Positions 60,250 to 64,000 of a stretch of 64,000 nt of DNA are shown piece after piece (position 1 is the first letter of the stretch; each line of letters begins with the position of its first letter). The translations under genes were made by a program, and so were the position numbers. Source of the DNA: Escherichia virus TH44; the sequence record MT446415.1; one strand, given 5' to 3'. Under the pieces are notes generated by a model. That model made no database searches. It saw only the letters and a list, made by a program, of their open reading frames with translations, and had not been told where the DNA came from.

Positions 60250-60527
60250 TGTTTGTCGTTCATACTATTTCAGACCGTGGTCCAGTTACCACGATGGATT
60301 ACGGTCATGTTAACCAGTTTATTCGTCATGTGAATCATAATTACTCGTTTGATATTAATCCGGCTAAAGATAATCCTGTTTGGCGTGAATGTGTTGAGCA
60401 AGGATTTATCTATGTTCACTTCATGACTAAAATGAAACCGGATGGGGCGACTAAATTTGTGTTCACTTATCACAAACGCCTGGATTTGCTTTTGGAAGAT
60501 GTGGCATATAATAGAGCCAACGACTAA
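60249..60527 (+). CDS. hypothetical protein
   Basis: 92 aa from ATG (track start TTG at 60246). Confidence 0.4.
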   Translation: MFVVHTISDRGPVTTMDYGHVNQFIRHVNHNYSFDINPAKDNPVWRECVEQGFIYVHFMTKMKPDGATKFVFTYHKRLDLLLEDVAYNRAND

Positions 60528-60536
60528 GAGGTGATT

Positions 60537-62069
60537 ATGATTTTAGATATTTTAAATGAAATTGCTGCAACCGATTCCACTAAAGAGAAACAAGCTATTC
60601 TGGAATCGTATTCTGACAATGAAACCCTCAAACGTGTGTATCGTTTGACATATTCCAAAGGCATCCAGTTCTATATTAAGAAATGGCCTAAACCTGGTAC
60701 AACGTCTCAAAGCTTTGGCATGTTGAATATCGATGATATGCTTGACTTTATCGAATTTACATTAGCCTCTCGTAAATTAACAGGTAATGCTGCAATCGAG
60801 GAATTATCTGGCTATATTGCTGATGGTAAAAAAGCAGATGTTGAAGTCCTGCGGCGTGTTATGATGCGTGACCTGGAATGCGGGGCATCCGTATCCATTG
60901 CAAATAAGGTTTGGAAAGGTTTAATTCCTGAACAACCGCAGATGCTCGCTTCTTCCTATGATGAAGCCGGTATTGCCAAGAACATTAAGTTCCCGGCCTT
61001 TGCACAATTGAAAGCCGACGGCGCTCGGTGTTTTGCTGAAGTTCGTGGCGATGAGTTAGATGATGTTCGATTGTTATCCCGAGCTGGCAACGAATACCTC
61101 AAGCTTGACCTCCTTAAAAAGGAATTGATTGAAGCTACCCGTGAAGCGCGTGAGAGACATCCTGAGGGCGTTTTGATTGACGGCGAGTTAGTATATCATG
61201 AACAGAAAGTAGCTCCCCAGAATGACGGTTTGGGCTTCCTTTTTGACGATTCAGATGAGATTGCCCCTGCACAAGAAACTGCGGAATCAAGAACCTTTTC
61301 AAATGGTCTGGCCAACAAATCATTGAAAGGAACTATTTCTGCAACAGAAGCTGCTTGTATGAAATTCCAGGTTTGGGATTATGTTCCACTAATTGAAGTC
61401 TATTCTGATGTTAAGATTCTCAATCCATTGAAATACGATGTGCGTTTTGCTGTTCTGGAAAAGATGATTGCAGATAACGTGGTGCTGCATGGTTTCGACC
61501 GCATGATTCTGATTGAAAACCATGTTGTTAACAATCTTGATGAAGCGAAAGTTATCTATAAGAAATATGTTGATGAAGGTCTTGAGGGTATTATCCTTAA
61601 GAATATGGCATCGATTTGGGAAAACAAGCGCTCAAAGAACTTGTATAAGTTCAAAGAAGTAATTGACATTGCAATGGAAATCATTGGATATTACGAGCAC
61701 GATAAAGACCCGAATAAGATTGGTGGTGTTGTGCTTCGTTCTTCTTGTGGTAAGATTACAAATAACTGTGGTTCTGGTTTTAAAGACACAACTCAAGTTA
61801 AAGATAAGAAAACCAAAAAATGGGTTACTATTCCGATTGAGGAGCGTCATGAAATGGACCGTGAAGCCTTGATGGTTAAAGCTCGTAAAGGTGAATTGGT
61901 TGGAATGATTGCCGACTGTGAATGTAATGGTTGGTTGACTTCCGAGACTCGTAAAGATAATACGGTTGCATTGTTCCTGCCGATTATCAAAGGGTTCCGT
62001 TTCGATAAAGACCATGCAGACACATTCGAAGATGTATTTGGCGACTGGTCAAAGACCGGGTTAAAATAA
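60537..62069 (+). CDS. 30: ATP-dependent DNA ligase
   Basis: 510 aa from ATG at 60537 with SD AAGAGG; near-colinear with recalled T4 ligase including the adenylation lysine in QLKADGARC. Confidence 0.9.
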   Translation: MILDILNEIAATDSTKEKQAILESYSDNETLKRVYRLTYSKGIQFYIKKWPKPGTTSQSFGMLNIDDMLDFIEFTLASRKLTGNAAIEELSGYIADGKKADVEVLRRVMMRDLECGASVSIANKVWKGLIPEQPQMLASSYDEAGIAKNIKFPAFAQLKADGARCFAEVRGDELDDVRLLSRAGNEYLKLDLLKKELIEATREARERHPEGVLIDGELVYHEQKVAPQNDGLGFLFDDSDEIAPAQETAESRTFSNGLANKSLKGTISATEAACMKFQVWDYVPLIEVYSDVKILNPLKYDVRFAVLEKMIADNVVLHGFDRMILIENHVVNNLDEAKVIYKKYVDEGLEGIILKNMASIWENKRSKNLYKFKEVIDIAMEIIGYYEHDKDPNKIGGVVLRSSCGKITNNCGSGFKDTTQVKDKKTKKWVTIPIEERHEMDREALMVKARKGELVGMIADCECNGWLTSETRKDNTVALFLPIIKGFRFDKDHADTFEDVFGDWSKTGLK

Positions 62070-62071
62070 CA

Positions 62072-62092
62072 AAAGGGCTTCGGCCCTTTTTT
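62072..62092 (+). terminator. rho-independent terminator
   Basis: AAAAGGGC-TTCG-GCCCTTTT plus T-run. Confidence 0.65.
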
Positions 62093-62127
62093 AGTATAAA
62101 TACATCATATTTTATAAGGAACCTATT

Positions 62128-64000
62128 ATGTCTGAACAATTAAATGAACTCTTTGACAAATATATCGAAGCCTTCGGTTATCCTGTCATTAATATGAATC
62201 CAAAATACAAGGTCCCACAGGTTTGGCAATTCGGTGTTCCTGGGACCAATTCTCTTATGGCCCGTTTGATGCAATTCACGGGCAAAGAAACAGTTAAACA
62301 ATATAAACGTGGTGATGCAATTGCCGAGGTATTCCTGCTCTCCGGGACTTCACATGGCCATGCTGTTCCTCTGAAGGGTGGTCTAGGTGAAAAACCTCTT
62401 GATGCGATTAACCTGATTTTTGTTACAGTCTGGGAAAGCATTAAACTAGGCAAACCTGATGTAGTCTTGTTCCGTTTCCCATCCAAAAAGATGAAAGGAC
62501 AAGACCAAGCTGTTATTCGTATTATGAATCGACTGATTCAAATGAAAACTAGCGGACGTTATCATGTTCTTCCGAATGCTTCTGGCCTCGGTAAAAAGAA
62601 CGCTTATGTAATTATGTACAAAAAGGGTGTTGACCTGCTTTCGGTTGATGGTATGCCACCGGTCCCTGAGAAATATCAAAAAGTTGAAACTAAAGTTGGC
62701 GATGTATTCACCAATAAAGATACAGGTGCACAAGTCTCCAAACAAGAAATCGCAGCCGAAGTTCTGATTGATGCAGCAAACAAAAAGACCGATGCTGCTG
62801 TTGCCCAGAAAACTAAAATCAGTCGCCGAGCTATTGCACAAGCCCAGTATGCTCCAAGTGATTCCGTGCCAGACGGTTGGGACGAAATTGATGCAGAAGC
62901 TGCTAAGTTTAGTCGACCGGCTACGGCAGAACTTATCGATGATTATGAAGAACTGGAAATTTTTGTTCGACCTTCCGAAACGAATACTATGGCTCGTATG
63001 CGCGCAGCAGATGAGGCTATGCGAGCAAATGGTGTTTGGAAAGAAGAAATTCGTGTTGAAGACTCTGACCCAATTTTTAACCGTATGCATCGTGAACTTA
63101 AACGTGCCCCTGTTGGCAGTATGAAGCAGATGCAGATTTTTGCCGAATCATGTGCAGAGATTCTTAACCTTCGCAAAGCTGCATTTATCGAAAGAAAAAT
63201 GAATGATGCACCTCCTAACCTGGATGCAGCCACTTATGCAGCCTCGCTCTGGGAAAAAGAATACACAAGCGCCATTCGTGTTGCAGTTAAAGACTTTGCC
63301 GAAGAAGCATCAGAAAATACTCTTAATTTCACAGCAGGGTATACTGACAACCGTTTCCATTATGGCCAGCGAGAAGCAATCGCAGATTATTGTGGAGCAA
63401 ACTATGCCGATATTAATAATTATTTGATGGGCAAATATTATGAAGAAGAAGCTGAATTCCTAAATCTAGACAGAGTTGTCGAAACAATTAAGGAATTGGA
63501 TTCGGCCTTTGAAATTGGACATAAGTTGCCGCCGAATACAACTCTTTGGCGTGGTCAATATTTAAACGTTCCTACATTTGATAAAATTAAGAAATCTAAA
63601 TTATTTTATTTCAGGAACTATGTATCAACGTCGTTTAAACCGATTATCTTTGGTGGCTGGGTGGCGAACGTTGCTATGGCTGCAGTTCATCAGGACTATC
63701 GTGATGGGACATCTTTCCAGGCTGATGACGAAATTGTTTTACCAGATATGCCGGATGCACGCCGCGACCACGTAATGATGCATGTTGGTTGGAAAATTTC
63801 CGGGGCGGACTTAATTAACGTAATTGTTCCTGGGGAATTGTCGAGCAACCCGTCCGAGCAGGAAGTTATTCTTCCTCGTGGGACCGTAGTTAAGATTACC
63901 AAAATTACTGATGCTTCGTATCAAGGAAACGCGAACGTCAAAATGCTGGAAGCTGATATCCAGACTACGGACCAACTGGATGAAAATGCAGTTATCTATG
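62128..64000 (+). CDS. alt: Alt ADP-ribosyltransferase, partial (3-prime end beyond window)
   Basis: open frame from ATG 62128 (SD AAGGA) to the window end, absent from the ORF track; motifs LWRGQ, NYVSTSF, SEQEVILPRG; KISRRAIAQ block as recalled for T4 Alt. Confidence 0.75.
   Translation, partial: MSEQLNELFDKYIEAFGYPVINMNPKYKVPQVWQFGVPGTNSLMARLMQFTGKETVKQYKRGDAIAEVFLLSGTSHGHAVPLKGGLGEKPLDAINLIFVTVWESIKLGKPDVVLFRFPSKKMKGQDQAVIRIMNRLIQMKTSGRYHVLPNASGLGKKNAYVIMYKKGVDLLSVDGMPPVPEKYQKVETKVGDVFTNKDTGAQVSKQEIAAEVLIDAANKKTDAAVAQKTKISRRAIAQAQYAPSDSVPDGWDEIDAEAAKFSRPATAELIDDYEELEIFVRPSETNTMARMRAADEAMRANGVWKEEIRVEDSDPIFNRMHRELKRAPVGSMKQMQIFAESCAEILNLRKAAFIERKMNDAPPNLDAATYAASLWEKEYTSAIRVAVKDFAEEASENTLNFTAGYTDNRFHYGQREAIADYCGANYADINNYLMGKYYEEEAEFLNLDRVVETIKELDSAFEIGHKLPPNTTLWRGQYLNVPTFDKIKKSKLFYFRNYVSTSFKPIIFGGWVANVAMAAVHQDYRDGTSFQADDEIVLPDMPDARRDHVMMHVGWKISGADLINVIVPGELSSNPSEQEVILPRGTVVKITKITDASYQGNANVKMLEADIQTTDQLDENAVIY

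Overview
This window reads as a contiguous segment of a T4-like (T-even) myovirus genome, with the + strand running in the early/middle transcription direction. No search or tool was run: every call rests on motifs read from the ORF track, gene order compared with T4, and recalled T4 protein sequences, so product names are homology-by-recall and confidences are set accordingly. Gene order follows T4 almost gene for gene: primase 61, dCTPase 56, two Mod-type ADP-ribosyltransferases, dda, dexA, a single fused topoisomerase large subunit (39 plus 60), rIIA, rIIB, an ndd/stp-type host-takeover block, topoisomerase subunit 52, motA, asiA, then on the minus strand holin t and the long tail fibre genes 38-37-36-35-34 (with a T2-type glycine-rich gp38 adhesin), then rnh, dsbA, 33, 59, 32, frd, td, nrdA, nrdB, denA, rnlA, alc, a spanin pair, pseT, cd, 31, DNA ligase 30 and the 5-prime part of alt, which runs off the window end. 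No tRNA, rRNA, CRISPR array, intron or homing-endonuclease gene was recognised. The most distinctive non-coding signal is a family of about 17 near-identical early-promoter cassettes (A-tract, GTGTAC/GTTTAC, 17-18 bp, TATAAT or CATAAT), several with an inverted repeat around the -10 that shows compensatory base changes between copies. I could not identify one clearly new multi-gene system. The candidates I would test first are a NADAR-domain gene in a small cluster upstream of ligase, an antisense pair of small membrane-protein paralogues between 61 and 56, a three-member paralogue family of about 120 aa proteins, a truncated alc paralogue, and a roughly 400 bp ORF-free tract downstream of gene 31. 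The ORF track uses TTG/GTG as well as ATG starts, so many starts were moved to the first ATG with a Shine-Dalgarno (SD) sequence.
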